Below the pieces are notes generated by a model that saw only the letters and a list, made by a program, of their open reading frames with translations, was not told the DNA's origin and did not search any database. Positions 18,635-30,532 of a DNA stretch of 64,000 nucleotides are shown piece after piece; positions within the stretch are counted from its first letter, which is position 1; each line of letters begins with the position of its first letter. The translations under genes and the position numbers were made by a program. The DNA comes from a candidate division FCPU426 bacterium (GTDB taxonomy: Bacteria > Oederibacteriota > Muellerivitia > Muellerivitales > Muellerivitaceae): NCBI GenBank assembly GCA_963796105.1, contig CAWCKJ010000008.1, forward strand, positions 1 through 64,000, written 5' to 3'.

Positions 18635-21414
18635 GCAAGCGTTCCAATGTTTTTACATTTCGGCTGTTTTTCCTTTTCGGGGCTGTTTTTTTCCTGGCCC
18701 CGGGTACCGCGCGCTCAGGTTGGGATTGGAAGACCCTCAAGACAGGCTCCTTCGTTGTTTTTTACAAGCCGGGCTATGAGCTCCAGGCTTGGAAAGCGCT
18801 CCAAGTCCTGGAACATTTCAAGCCTTCGGTTGAAAAGCTCACGGGTAACCATGTGCCCCCTTTAAGCGCGATCGTGATCCAGGATATGGGGACCTACTCC
18901 AACGGGCTGACCGATCCGGTGGACCGGGTCATCCAGCTATTCACTTACTCCTCCTCCTCATTGGAATTGCCGGCTGAGAATTGGTGGATGGACGTAGGGG
19001 TCCATGAATACACGCACATGCTTCACCTGAATCATGTCTCGGGTCTGCCAGGCTTGATCACCCGGTGGGCTGGAAATTCCGCTGACCCGAACCTGGAATT
19101 GCCCGATTGGATCGACGAAGGGTTCGCGGTTTACAGCGAGTCCCAGCCCAGCCCCTACAGCGGCAGGTTGAATGACGGATTTTTCGACGCTTATCTTTTG
19201 GCCTCCGCCAAGGACAACCGGTTTCCCTCCCTGATGAAGGCCAGTTACACCCCCCTGGAATACCCTGATGACACCGTTTATGAGGCCGGGGGAGGGTTCC
19301 ACAAGTACCTGGCCCAGACCTACGGGGAGGAAAAGTTTTCGGAGTTTTACTCGAGTTACGGGGGCAACCTACTTTCATATCTCTCGCCGATCCTGCCCTG
19401 CCTTTCACTGGACCCCTCGGCGGAAAAGGCATTTGGGGGAAAGTCAATCCCGGAACTTTGGGAGGACTGGAGGAAATCCATCGGCCCCCAGGCGGGTGAT
19501 TTCAAGGAGGAAGGGGAACAACTCACCAGGCGGGGTTGGTCCCTGGACGGTCTTCAAATTTCGGGGGGAAAGCTTTATTACAAAACCGCCTACACCATCA
19601 AAACCGGAATTTTCGATGGTTACACCTTTCATGAAATCATGGAGAGGGATTTGGATTTCGGGAAGGAACGAAAACTTGTCTCCACCTCGACCCTGGGACC
19701 TTCCTTGAGGGCGCGAGGGGGAAAACTTTATTATTCTCTCTTCGAGCTTAAGGAGGGTTTTGCCAACACGTTGAACTATGGCTATGACTTCTCCCTTCAT
19801 GAGAAGGATCCAGCGTCCGGGCAAGACCGGGTTTTAATGGAAGATTCTTACAGGGCCTTCGAAGTCCTGCCTAATGGAAGGATTTTGTATTCCAAGGACC
19901 GGCGGGAAAATTTCGGATCGAATCTTTATTCCTGGGATCCTTCGGATGGTAAAAGAAAATTTCTTTTCAGTTTGGATTTTATGGTGGATGAAATAATATC
20001 GGACGAAAAACGCGTGGTAGTGACGGCCAAGAGGGAATACGGACAATACAACCTTTATATGTTGGACTTGGAAAAGGGATTCCTCAAACCGCTGGTTCCA
20101 AGCGCCTTTCTGGAACGAAACCCCCAATTGGAGGGAAACCATCTTTATTTCAACGCGAATTTCAATAAGTGCTACGGCCTATACCGTTACGATTTTTCAA
20201 CCCGGAAGCTGTCGCGATTGACGGATTCGGGTTACGCGGCATCGCCGGCTTATGATCCGGAAAAGGACCAGCTTTATTACGCCGGACTTAATTCCTACGG
20301 CAACGATCTTTACCGAGTCCCGCCAAAGCCCAAATCCTACCGGTTAAAGACGACCCGGAGCACTCCGGAACCCGGTTTCGAACTCAACCGGGCGGACGTG
20401 AAAGAAGGGGGTTATACGGACAATCTGGGTTGGATGGCCCCCCAAGCGTTCCATTTCCCCTTGGGAGAATTCAGCTCGGGTCGTTCCTGGATCGGCCTGG
20501 GACTGGTTGGGACCGACGCCCTTTACCAATTCGCTTACACCCTTCTCCCCGCATATGATTTCCAGGATCATCACGCGAAAATCGACTTGGACCTCAGCAA
20601 CCTTTTTTTCTCCCCTTGGGTTTCAGCGGTGGAATATACCGAAATCAACAGCAGGGAATTGCTGTTCCAGACGGCCTATCCCCTGGTCTTGAAGGTCTCG
20701 CCCGGACTCGACCAGCTTGATTTGGGCCTCGATCTGGATGACGACTTCACCAAAACCGAGTGGGACCCCTTTTTAATCCAATCCTATTATTTTCCATCCA
20801 CCAGCTTGAGCCTCCTTCTGACGACTCCCTTGGAAAGGGAGTCTTGGGGTTCCTACCGTGACCGCACGGGCGCCTACGCTTATCTTACCCTCAAGCAATA
20901 CCTGCCCCACAGCGAGCTGGAAGTGGGATGGGTGGGAATCGAGGACCAACAAAACAACGATACGGTATTTCCGACATTACGGGGATACGCGAACGCCTTG
21001 GGTGGTTTGAAGGGAATGACGGCGTCGGTGGATTATGCCGTTCCGGTATTCAATATTCACGGGGGATTATGGAACCCCAGCTTTTACTTCGAGGATTTAG
21101 TCCTGGACGCCTTTTCAGATGGGGCATTCGACGAATTGAACCAGTCCCAGTGGTCCTTCGGTGCGGAAATTCACCTAGAAACAAAACTCACCTGCGCCTT
21201 TACCGGAATCCCCGCGGACTTAGGATTCAGGTATTCCCATACGCAGGAAGGTTCCGATAGTCTGGAAGGTTTTTTCAATTTCAATCTTTCCTTTCTCTTG
21301 TCGGCCTTCAAGGATATGCCCTTGGAGAGCGGAGCTTGGAGGCAAGGCCCGGGAATGCCGCCTTTGGGCCGGATGCAAAGATTCGTCCAGCACCCGGATC
21401 AGCCGACCTTTTAA
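18631..21414 (+). CDS. Secreted/outer-membrane protein: HExxH zincin-like N-domain, TolB-like beta-propeller, probable C-terminal beta-barrel
   Basis: Signal peptide, HEYTH and PDWIDEGFAVY, PD40-like repeats (LSRLT...ASPAYDP), aromatic beta-rich C-terminus; ATGA-coupled to the RNB gene. Confidence 0.7.
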   Translation: MSKRSNVFTFRLFFLFGAVFFLAPGTARSGWDWKTLKTGSFVVFYKPGYELQAWKALQVLEHFKPSVEKLTGNHVPPLSAIVIQDMGTYSNGLTDPVDRVIQLFTYSSSSLELPAENWWMDVGVHEYTHMLHLNHVSGLPGLITRWAGNSADPNLELPDWIDEGFAVYSESQPSPYSGRLNDGFFDAYLLASAKDNRFPSLMKASYTPLEYPDDTVYEAGGGFHKYLAQTYGEEKFSEFYSSYGGNLLSYLSPILPCLSLDPSAEKAFGGKSIPELWEDWRKSIGPQAGDFKEEGEQLTRRGWSLDGLQISGGKLYYKTAYTIKTGIFDGYTFHEIMERDLDFGKERKLVSTSTLGPSLRARGGKLYYSLFELKEGFANTLNYGYDFSLHEKDPASGQDRVLMEDSYRAFEVLPNGRILYSKDRRENFGSNLYSWDPSDGKRKFLFSLDFMVDEIISDEKRVVVTAKREYGQYNLYMLDLEKGFLKPLVPSAFLERNPQLEGNHLYFNANFNKCYGLYRYDFSTRKLSRLTDSGYAASPAYDPEKDQLYYAGLNSYGNDLYRVPPKPKSYRLKTTRSTPEPGFELNRADVKEGGYTDNLGWMAPQAFHFPLGEFSSGRSWIGLGLVGTDALYQFAYTLLPAYDFQDHHAKIDLDLSNLFFSPWVSAVEYTEINSRELLFQTAYPLVLKVSPGLDQLDLGLDLDDDFTKTEWDPFLIQSYYFPSTSLSLLLTTPLERESWGSYRDRTGAYAYLTLKQYLPHSELEVGWVGIEDQQNNDTVFPTLRGYANALGGLKGMTASVDYAVPVFNIHGGLWNPSFYFEDLVLDAFSDGAFDELNQSQWSFGAEIHLETKLTCAFTGIPADLGFRYSHTQEGSDSLEGFFNFNLSFLLSAFKDMPLESGAWRQGPGMPPLGRMQRFVQHPDQPTF

Positions 21415-21435
21415 GGCCCGGGAATCTTGGCCGGC

Positions 21436-22125
21436 TCAGTTTGCGGAAGGGAAAGGACCGCTGGAGAGGATGAAGGACTGGTCGGGAAGGAGTTGCCCTT
21501 CCCCCGAGAATACCATCATGCTGACCAAGCCGGTCCCGTTAGCGTAATAGTAATCCACGGTAAAGAGGGTATTGCCGTTCTGGATAACTTTTTCCTCCAC
21601 GATGACGCAATCGGAATAAATTTTATCCCCTGCTTGAGTCTGTCCGTAACTGGCGGTTGATTGATGAAGGGTCCCGTTTTTTTCCTGAATAGACCAAGCC
21701 TCGGTGGGACCCGATTTAGGGAGCTTAAAGACGAAATCCCCCTTGAAAATCCGGTCGGCGCGCGCGGTATGGTTCACTTGCGTTGTTTCCACGACATACC
21801 TGTCCCTGAATTGGCGCCCGCTATCGGTTGTCTCGAGGACCACACGGATGGAGCCGTCGGAGGTGATTTTTCGGCTCACGCACTCGACGGTCCGGGTGGA
21901 TTTCGCCGGATCTTTAGGGCTCAAATCCAAATAGGAATAAACCCACTTGGCTCCTGGCTGGGCCGGAAAATAATCCGCCGCGCTTTTTACGGCTTCTGGC
22001 ATTAAGGGAGGAGAGCTATCGGCTTCCGGAACTGGCACCCCTGTTTCTAAGGGGGGAAGGGGCTCCGCGTAAAGGAATGACGCCAAGTTTATCAAAAGTA
22101 AAATCGAGAAAAATAATTTCACCAT
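21436..22125 (-). CDS. Secreted hypothetical protein (YFP...G.KW.Y...YYA.G.GLV type)
   Basis: Signal peptide MVKLFFSILLL..FLYA; YFPAQPGAKWVY and YYYANGTGLV motifs. Confidence 0.7.
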   Translation of the reverse strand: MVKLFFSILLLINLASFLYAEPLPPLETGVPVPEADSSPPLMPEAVKSAADYFPAQPGAKWVYSYLDLSPKDPAKSTRTVECVSRKITSDGSIRVVLETTDSGRQFRDRYVVETTQVNHTARADRIFKGDFVFKLPKSGPTEAWSIQEKNGTLHQSTASYGQTQAGDKIYSDCVIVEEKVIQNGNTLFTVDYYYANGTGLVSMMVFSGEGQLLPDQSFILSSGPFPSAN

Positions 22126-22256
22126 AGAATGATCTTTCGCTTTAAAGAATGACGGGCAATTCGGCCCAAAACGCATCAAGAATATAACGCTAAAGATGGG
22201 ATAATAATTCAGATCCCTTACCGTTTTAAACATTGAAAACGGTCCAGTCGAAACGT

Positions 22257-22285
22257 CCGTTCGGTGAATTATTCCGCCTATTCGG
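22257..22285 (+). promoter_or_regulatory. Candidate LytTR-type direct-repeat binding site
   Basis: CCGTTCGG (22257) and CTATTCGG (22278) with a 21-bp period, next to a LytS/LytTR pair. Confidence 0.4.
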
Positions 22286-22329
22286 AAATCCCCACTTAAA
22301 TAAGGCCTGTCTTTCCAATAATTTACCTT

Positions 22330-22560
22330 TAGGGCATCGCTAGCTGCCTCAATTCCCGGCCAAGAGGCTGGAGATCAAGACCGCACCCTTGCCCGGGTTA
22401 TAACCCCGGGTATCGGCCGGGCTCCGGCAAAAGCCGGGGCCTTGAGGCCGAAATTCCGGATGAATCTATCTTTCTTCAGACCCCTCCCTCTTTTCCGGCG
22501 TTATCCCATTCTTAAAAGAGGTACATTAATAGGCGCCGGAATCAAACCGGTAAGAGAGGT
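22330..22560. ncRNA. Candidate structured non-coding RNA (family not recognised)
   Basis: GC-rich intergenic block with nested complementarity: GCCTCAA/TTGAGGC, CCCGGCC/GGCCGGG, CCCGGG-TTATAAC-CCCGGG, CTCCGGC-AAAA-GCCGGGG. Confidence 0.35.
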
Positions 22561-22675
22561 TGCCGTCCGCTAGTTTTTTTTATGATAATAAAGCCGTATC
22601 ATTCGCGGTAAGGCGTCTCATCTACCAGCCTCGGCTCGCTTAACTTTTTCCGGGCGTTTATTTGGAAGGAACTCA

Positions 22676-23821
22676 TTGAAACGGATCATTAAAAAGATAT
22701 TTACCCTTGATTTTGGGAATGAGTTCCTGCTGTCCTTCCTGAAACTCCTTTTTTTCTGGAATCCCCTTTGGACGCTCCTGGTGTCCTTGGTTTGGGGGGA
22801 TTGGCACCTTTCTTTATTCCTTTGGGCCTGGAGCTTATTAGAGGCCACCCTTGTGGTGCTATTCGCGATGGCTATGATGAAAATTTATCTGCTTTTCGAG
22901 GGAATTTGGGCCAGGGGGAAGCAACAATCAGGGCCCAACCATGGCGTCGGCTGGTATTTGCTTCTGCTGGCTTTTATCGTCCCACCCGGCATATTCCTGG
23001 CATCGCGTTTGATGGTGGCGGGAATCAATTATTACTTCGCGGGGGATCCTATTCCCGGCACCTTTCAATGGAAATATTACGGGAACGCCATTTTCTTGGG
23101 ATGGCTTTTTTTACTGGCCCTTTTCCTTCTGAAGAACTGGCAGGACCTTCGGGACGCGGCCCGGCAGAGCTTGTTAAGGGCGGAGGAATTGGAGAAGGAA
23201 AGACTCCAGGCCCTTTTGACCAAGCTGAAGGACCAAATGAACCCCCATTTTCTTTTTAACACACTCAATACTGTGGCGGCCTTGATCCCCGCGGATCCCT
23301 CTAAGGCTGAAAAGGTAGTTGTCAAACTTTCCGCCCTATACCAGGGTATTTTATCGGCCGCCTCAAAGACCAGCCACTCACTCCAGGAGGAACTGGAGTT
23401 CTGCCGGAATTACCTGGACATCGAACAGGTTCGTTTTGGATCCCGATTATCCGCGGAGTTCGAGGTGGGCGAGGGGTTTGAGCCGGCGAAGGTACAGGTT
23501 CCTGTCCTGCTCTTGCAGCCGATGGTGGAGAACGCCGTCAAGCACGGGCTGTCGCCCAGGGCCTCAGGAGGCCGCATTTGGATCAGGGCTGGGCTCCAGA
23601 ACGGATATCTGGCAGTGACCGTGGAGGACGACGGAGTGGGTTTCGGTCAATCGCCATATAAGGGCTCCGGCACCGCTCTGGAAAATACAAGGAAGCGTTT
23701 GGAATTGGGCTATGGCCCGGAAGGAATATTAGAGATATCATCGAGGGATGGCGGGGGTACCATCATCACTTTGAGGATGCCCTTTCATTCCCCGGAACTC
23801 ATCAATAGGGAGGCGAAATGA
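22676..23821 (+). CDS. LytS/YehU-family sensor histidine kinase
   Basis: N-terminal TMs, 'QMNPHFLFNTLN', 'LQPMVENAVKHG', 'VEDDGVG', 'GTALEN..KRL'. Confidence 0.92.
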   Translation: MKRIIKKIFTLDFGNEFLLSFLKLLFFWNPLWTLLVSLVWGDWHLSLFLWAWSLLEATLVVLFAMAMMKIYLLFEGIWARGKQQSGPNHGVGWYLLLLAFIVPPGIFLASRLMVAGINYYFAGDPIPGTFQWKYYGNAIFLGWLFLLALFLLKNWQDLRDAARQSLLRAEELEKERLQALLTKLKDQMNPHFLFNTLNTVAALIPADPSKAEKVVVKLSALYQGILSAASKTSHSLQEELEFCRNYLDIEQVRFGSRLSAEFEVGEGFEPAKVQVPVLLLQPMVENAVKHGLSPRASGGRIWIRAGLQNGYLAVTVEDDGVGFGQSPYKGSGTALENTRKRLELGYGPEGILEISSRDGGGTIITLRMPFHSPELINREAK

Positions 23822-24576
23822 TACGTGCGATCATCGTGGACGACGAGGCGCCGGCCAGGACCAGGTTTAAAAGACTTTTGGGGGACTTCAAGGACATCCA
23901 AGTGGTGGGGGAAGCCTCGAACGGATTAGAGGCACTGCAATTTGTCCAGGACCTGAAACCCGACCTGGTTTTTCTCGATATTGAGATGCCGGAACTCAAC
24001 GGATTGGAGACGGCCCAAGCCCTCGGTGAATCGGGCCCGGCAGTAGTGTTCGTGACTGCCTACAGCGAACATGCCTTGAAAGCCTTCGAGTTATCGGCCA
24101 TGGATTACCTGGTGAAGCCAGTTGTCCCGGAGAGACTGTCCGAAACATTGGAAAAAATGCGCAAGAAAATGAAGTCGCCTTCCAGCGACAACCTCAACCA
24201 GCTCGCTGGGAGTTTAAAGGACGGGCAGGTGCGCAGGCGAATGGCGGTTAAGTGCGGGAACAAATACAAGGTTTTTGATCCCTCCAAAGTCTCGGCAGTG
24301 GTCGCGAAGGACCATTACGCCCTGCTTCTGGTGGAGGGGCAGGAGCTTCTCGTGGATGACCGGTTGGACACCCTGGCCCAAAGGCTCGACCCCAACCGCT
24401 TTCTCAGGATCCATCGAAGCGCCATCATCAATCTTGATTTCCTAAAGGAACTAGAGCATGAGGGGGACCGGAAGTACCATGCGGTTCTCTCGGATAAGGC
24501 TGCCACCCGGTTGCCCGTGAGCCGGGAGCGTCTCGGAGAATCTCAAGCAGGAATTAGGGTTGGAATAAGCCCTTAA
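23818..24576 (+). CDS. LytTR-family response regulator
   Basis: Receiver (VDDE, FLDIEMP, FVTAY, DYLVKP) plus LytTR 'FLRIHRSAIIN', 'PVSR'; the last residues may be frameshifted (alternative end ERLENLKQELGLE, stop 24568). Confidence 0.93.
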   Translation: MIRAIIVDDEAPARTRFKRLLGDFKDIQVVGEASNGLEALQFVQDLKPDLVFLDIEMPELNGLETAQALGESGPAVVFVTAYSEHALKAFELSAMDYLVKPVVPERLSETLEKMRKKMKSPSSDNLNQLAGSLKDGQVRRRMAVKCGNKYKVFDPSKVSAVVAKDHYALLLVEGQELLVDDRLDTLAQRLDPNRFLRIHRSAIINLDFLKELEHEGDRKYHAVLSDKAATRLPVSRERLGESQAGIRVGISP

Positions 24577-24828
24577 ACAGTGTTTTTGGCGAAGTAAATT
24601 TCCCATAATCATGAATGTATAAAGGGATTATCCTAAAAAAATGTATATTTAATAAAATTACCAAAAAACCTTTAAATTAAGCCCTTGTCATGGAGTTAAT
24701 TCTTACATGACTTCTAAATATAATTGAAAAAAAGCGATAAAATTAACGAAATTAATCAAGCCTTGAAATCGTTTTGAGTATAATTCGGGGGTTCCTGGTT
24801 TTTTTTAACCCTATTAAATTGGGATTAA

Positions 24829-27800
24829 ATGGTTATCAAATTTTTAGCGAAAATATCAAAATTTACCGCCCTGATCGCGCTTGTATTTGCTTGCCTGTAT
24901 CCAATGAAATCCTTTTCCCAATGTACCCCTTCCTCGGCCAAAATCTGCGTCGCTAGTGACGACTGGTCCCAAGTCTATGTTGGTGGCGTTTACTTGGGCC
25001 AGGTGGCTTATTGTAACTGGGACGGTACGGGATCCTGCCCGCCTGGTTGTATCACCGTTCCCACATCCTTATTAACCGGCAGTCAAGTTTTCGTATCCGT
25101 CTATACGCAGAACACCGCCTGCAACAATATGTATTCATCCTGGGATACTGGATATCACTTGTTCCAACGGACAACATTCTGAAATTACCAGCGGTACCAG
25201 CGGTGTTAAATTGGATTATGTGAGTGCAGGAAACCCTTCCACCCCTCCCGCCACTAATTGGTATGCGACCAACTTCAGCACCAGCGGATGGGGAAGTCCG
25301 GTGAATGTCAGCACCACTTCCGGCGCTTGCTGTTGGGGCCAGGGCATTTTCAACCCTGTGACTGGTCAGATAGTACCATTTACGGCTTCCACCACCGACG
25401 GGGATTACAGCACCAGTAATTGCGGCGGCGCTCTTTTTGAAACTGTCTCCACGACGATACCCCCGCCTCAGGCGACTGTAGGGCCCGCGACACTTGCGAT
25501 AACAAAAAGCCTCGTATCGGCAAGCGAAAGCGGCGGGGACATGTTCGTGACATTTCAAATTTCCATTTGCAACACAGGAGGGCCAGTCACAAGCGGCGGA
25601 GTGACGCTGACAGATACCCAAACAGGGACAACTCCTTTCTCCTTTATCGGCTGGATCATTCCGGCGGTATCCACGACAGCCATTGATTACAACTCGAACG
25701 CCAGCTGGCCGGAACCAGCGGCAAATGGTGGGTCTCCTGCAACTTGGGGGTACTTCCCCGGTAATACTTGCGTAACCCTTCTTGCGGTCATGGAAGATTA
25801 TTACTGGGCTGGAAACCAATGCCAAACGATCACCGATCAAGCAAGCGTAGGCTATTCCGGCGGCACTAAAACTTCGGGTACTGTATCGGTGAATCGGCCA
25901 TGCTTTACCAACACGCCCACGAACACATTTACCCCAACATACACTCATACCTTTACCTATACCCCGACCCCGGCCATAACACCAACTCCCACCCATACTT
26001 ATACCTACACCTACACTTATACCTATACGTATACCTTTACGCCGACCCCGACGCATACCTACACCTATACCCCGACGGTCGCGGTTACCCCTACTTTCAC
26101 TTATACCAATACTTATACTTACACCAATAGCCCCACTCGAACTCCTACGCCTACCAATACACCCACTCCAACCCCCACGAGAAGTCCTACTCCAACTCCG
26201 ACACCAACAAATACCCCCACCCCTACCCCCACAAGAACTCCGACACCCACGCCGACGATCACGCCAACCCCAACCCCGACGCCCACGCCTTCCCCGACTC
26301 CTACCCGGACCCCGACCCCCACTCCCACCATCACCCCGACTCCCACTCCGACCAATACCCCTACCCCCACTCCGACCAGAACTCCCACGCCCACCCCGAC
26401 TTTGACCCCAACTCCTACACCTTCTCCCACGCCCACAAGGACCCCGACGAGCACACCCACCCCGACACCAACAACGTCGCCTACGCCCACCCCTACAAGG
26501 ACTCCGACGCCTACCCCCACTAACACCCCCACCCCGACACCAACGACATCCCCCACCCCTACGCCCACGAGGACTCCAACGCCTACCCCCACTAACACCC
26601 CCACCCCGACACCAACGACGTCGCCTACCCCTACACCTACCAGGACCCCGACGCCAACTCCTACGAACACGCCCACTCCGACTCCGACTCTTACTCCCAC
26701 TCCTACACCAACCCACACCCCTACACCTACTTCGACCAATACTCCAACGCCAACTCCGACAAGAACCCCCACACCCACTCCGACAAACACACCAACCATT
26801 ACTCCCACTCCGACGAATACCCCTACAGGGACCACGTCACCCACGAACACGCCGACCGTTACTCCTACCCGGACTCCGACTCCCACGCCCACGAATACAC
26901 CCACCGTGACACCCACCCCGACCCCAACCAACACTCCAACTAGGACACCTACCCCGACCCCAACCAACACTCCAACTAGGACACCTACCCCGACTCCGAC
27001 CCCGACGCCAACTACCACTCCTACACCGACCCCCACGAATACACCGACACAAACTCCTACCCACACTCCAAGCCCAACCGGGACCACATCTTTCACCAAT
27101 ACACCCACGAACACGCCCACCAAGACTCCGACTCCTACGCCCACGAATACACCCACCGTGACACCCACTCCGACCCCAACCAACACTCCAACGCATACGC
27201 CAACACCCACTCCAAGTCCGACCGGGACCACCTCACCCACTAATACACCCACGAACACGCCTACGCGCACGCCCACGCCAACATCAACCCCTACTCCAAC
27301 CGTAACTACAACCCCCACTCCGACGAACACCCCGACATTGACCCCCACACCAACTCTCAGTCCGACTGGGACCACGTCGGCTACTAATACCCCCACGAAC
27401 ACGCCTACGCGCACGCCCACGCCAACATCAACCCCTACTCCAACCGTAACTACAACCCCCACTCCGACGAACACCCCGACATTGACACCCACATCAACGC
27501 CAAGCCCAACTGGGACCACGTCGCCAACTAATACGACAACCAACACTCTTACGCGCACTCCAACTTTGACATCGACTCCCACCCCAACTGTGACAACAAC
27601 CTCCACCCGGACTAATACCCCGACCTTGACACCTACGTTGACACTGACTTCTACTCCAACTACAACTACTACATCGACATCCACGAATACCGCCACGTTA
27701 ACGCCGACCTCAACCCCGACTCCGACCCCGACCACCACTGTCACAGCCACACCAACTAATTCCGCCACCACAACGCCGACCTTGACCCCAACGCCAACGC

Positions 27801-30532
27801 CGACGATTACAGTTACGGCCACACCAACAAATACCGCAACCCTGACGCCGTCCATGACTCCTACGCCGACCCCAACCACCACTGTCACAGCCACACCAAC
27901 TAATTCCGCCACCCTAACGCCGACCTTGACCCCAACGCCAACGCCGACGATTACAGTTACGGCCACACCAACAAATACCGCAACTCTGACGCCGTCCATG
28001 ACTCCTACCCCGACTCCAACCACCACTGTCACAGCCACACCAACTAATTCCGCCACCCTAACGCCGACCTTGACCCCAACGCCAACGTCGACGATTACAG
28101 TTACGGCCACACCAACAAATACCGCAACTCTGACGCCGTCCATGACTCCTACCCCGACCCCGACTACCACTGTCACAGCCACACCAACTAATTCCGCCAC
28201 CCTAACGCCAACCTTGACCCCAACGCCTACGCCGACAATTACTGTTACGGCCACACCAACAAATACCGCAACCCTAACGCTGACCATAACTGCTACCCCG
28301 ACCCCGACTATCACAGTCACAGCCACACTAACGAATACCACCACCCTAACGCCGACATTGACTCCAACACCTACACCGACGATTACTGTTACGGCCACGT
28401 TGACAAACACTCCAACGCTGACCACGACCGCGACTTCTACGCCTACGGCTACAATTACGGTTTCGTCCACACTAACGAACACTATTACTTTGACCCCGAC
28501 TTTAACAAATACACACACAGTGACAAACTCGCCCACCCAGACCTACACTCCAACTATGACCAACACTCCGACCAATACCCCTACTGTGACTAATACACCC
28601 ACGGTGACCAACACTCTGACTCAGACCTATACTCCGACGGTAACGAACACACCCACGAATACTCCGACTGTAACGAACACCTACACTCCGACCAATACCC
28701 CTACTGTGACTAATACACCCACGGTGACCAACACTCTGACTCAGACCTATACTCCGACGGTAACGAACACACCCACGAATACTCCGACTGTAACGAACAC
28801 CTACACTCCGACCAATACCCCTACTGTGACTAATACACCCACGGTGACCAACACTCTGACTCAGACCTATACTCCGACGGTAACGAACACACCCACGAAT
28901 ACTCCGACTGTAACGAACACCTACACTCCGACCAATACCCCTACTGTGACTAATACGCCCACGGTGACCAACACTCTGACTCAGACCTATACTCCGACGG
29001 TAACGAACACACCCACGAATACTCCGACTGTAACGAACACCTACACTCCGACCAATACCTCTACTGTGACTAATACACCCACGGTGACCAACACTCTGAC
29101 TCAGACCTATACTCCGACGGTAACGAACACACCCATGAATACCCCGACTGTAACGAACACCTACACTCCGACCAATACCCCTACTGTGACTAATACGCCC
29201 ACGGTGACCAACACTCTGATTCAGACCTATACTCCGACGGTAACGAACACACCCACGAATACTCCGACTGTAACGAACACCTACACCCCGACCAATACCC
29301 CTACTGTGACTAATACGCCCACGGTGACCAACACTCTGACTCAGACCTATACTCCGACGGTAACGAACACACCCACGAATACTCCGACTGTAACGAACAC
29401 CTACACCCCGACCAATACCCCTACTGTGACTAATACGCCCACGGTGACCAACACTCTGACTCAGACCTATACTCCGACTGTAACGAATACGCCGACGAAT
29501 ACTCCCACAGTGACGAACAGTTTCACAACCACCAACACCTTTACGGCGACCAATACACCTACAGTCACGAACACCCTGACTTTGACCTTTACCCCCACAG
29601 TGACCAACACGCCGACGAATACCCCAACCGTGACGAACACTTTCACACCCACGGTTACGCCTACTCTTACAAATACCCCCACCCAAACCTTTACTACGAC
29701 ATCTACAAACACTCCTACCAGCACCCCGACGGTAACCAATAGCCAAACACCGACCAACAGCTTCACAGTGACCAACACTCCGACCCAGTCCTTTACCCCA
29801 ACGTCCAGGAATACGCCCACCAATACCTTGACAGTGACAAACACTTACACACCTACGAACACATTTACGTCCACCAACACTAAGACCCAAACCTATACCC
29901 CGACAGTGACCTACACGCCGACATATACCAAGACAGCTACCTCTACTTACTCACCCACGAACACCCCGACCACGACCCTGACCTATACGGTCACTAGGAC
30001 TCCCACAAACACCTTTACGCGCACAAACACGAGCACTCCGACCCTCACGCATACCCCAACCAAGACTGGAACACCCACTAGGACGCCTACGCCCACTTAT
30101 ACTCATACTGCGACTCCCACCCGCACTCCCACGAGGACCCCGACCCCCACCAAGACGCCCACACTTACGATAACACCCATTTACAGCCCCACCTATACAC
30201 CTACTCCGACCATTACCAATACACCCGGGGCGACCTGGACGCCGTCAACGGACATATTTACAGTGACGAAGAACGTGATCCAAGGAGGGGAGCCGGTATC
30301 CATCACGATCGGGACGAGCCAATACCCTGGGAACCTGGAGTTGAGTATTTACAATTCGGCGGGAGAACACATCAAGACGCTGGTGAACCAATATTTATCA
30401 GCGCCATACCAAGGGACGGTTTACTGGGACGGGACCAACAAATACAACGATAAGTGCGCCAGCGGGGTGTACATTTTCTATCTGGTTGAGCCTTTCGATA
30501 GGAAGATTAAAAAAATAATATTTATCCGCTGA
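24829..30532 (+). CDS. Giant secreted mucin-like Thr/Pro-rich protein with Cys-rich/DUF11-like N-domains and FlgD-Ig-type C-terminal domain (+1 frameshift near 25145)
   Basis: Signal peptide in ORF 24829-25182; removing one base near 25145 joins it in frame (..[24 protein letters not shown]..) to ORF 25211-30532; ~1450 aa of TPT/TNT repeats; tail '[14 protein letters not shown]...WDGTN....CASGVYIF'. Confidence 0.85.
27220..28320 (+). repeat. 144-bp (48-aa) coding tandem repeats
   Basis: ACCACCACTGTCACAGCCACACCAACTAATTCCGCCAC recurs every 144 bp from 27731 (about 4 copies); a second 144-bp family lies near 27257/27401. Confidence 0.85.
28560..29500 (+). repeat. About 8 near-perfect 120-bp (40-aa) coding tandem repeats
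   Basis: Unit ...ACCAATACCCCTACTGTGACTAATAC..TCAGACCTATACTCCGACGGTAACGAACAC... recurs at 28561, 28681 ... 29401 with only isolated substitutions. Confidence 0.95.

Noticed and set aside
28560..29500. CRISPR-like regular repeats
   Set aside because: Whole 120-bp units repeat in frame within a CDS with no unique spacers, and no cas genes are present
25052..29890. Long minus-strand Val/Gly- and Arg/Gly-rich ORFs (554, 805, 462 aa)
   Set aside because: Antisense shadows of ACN/CCN repeat codons
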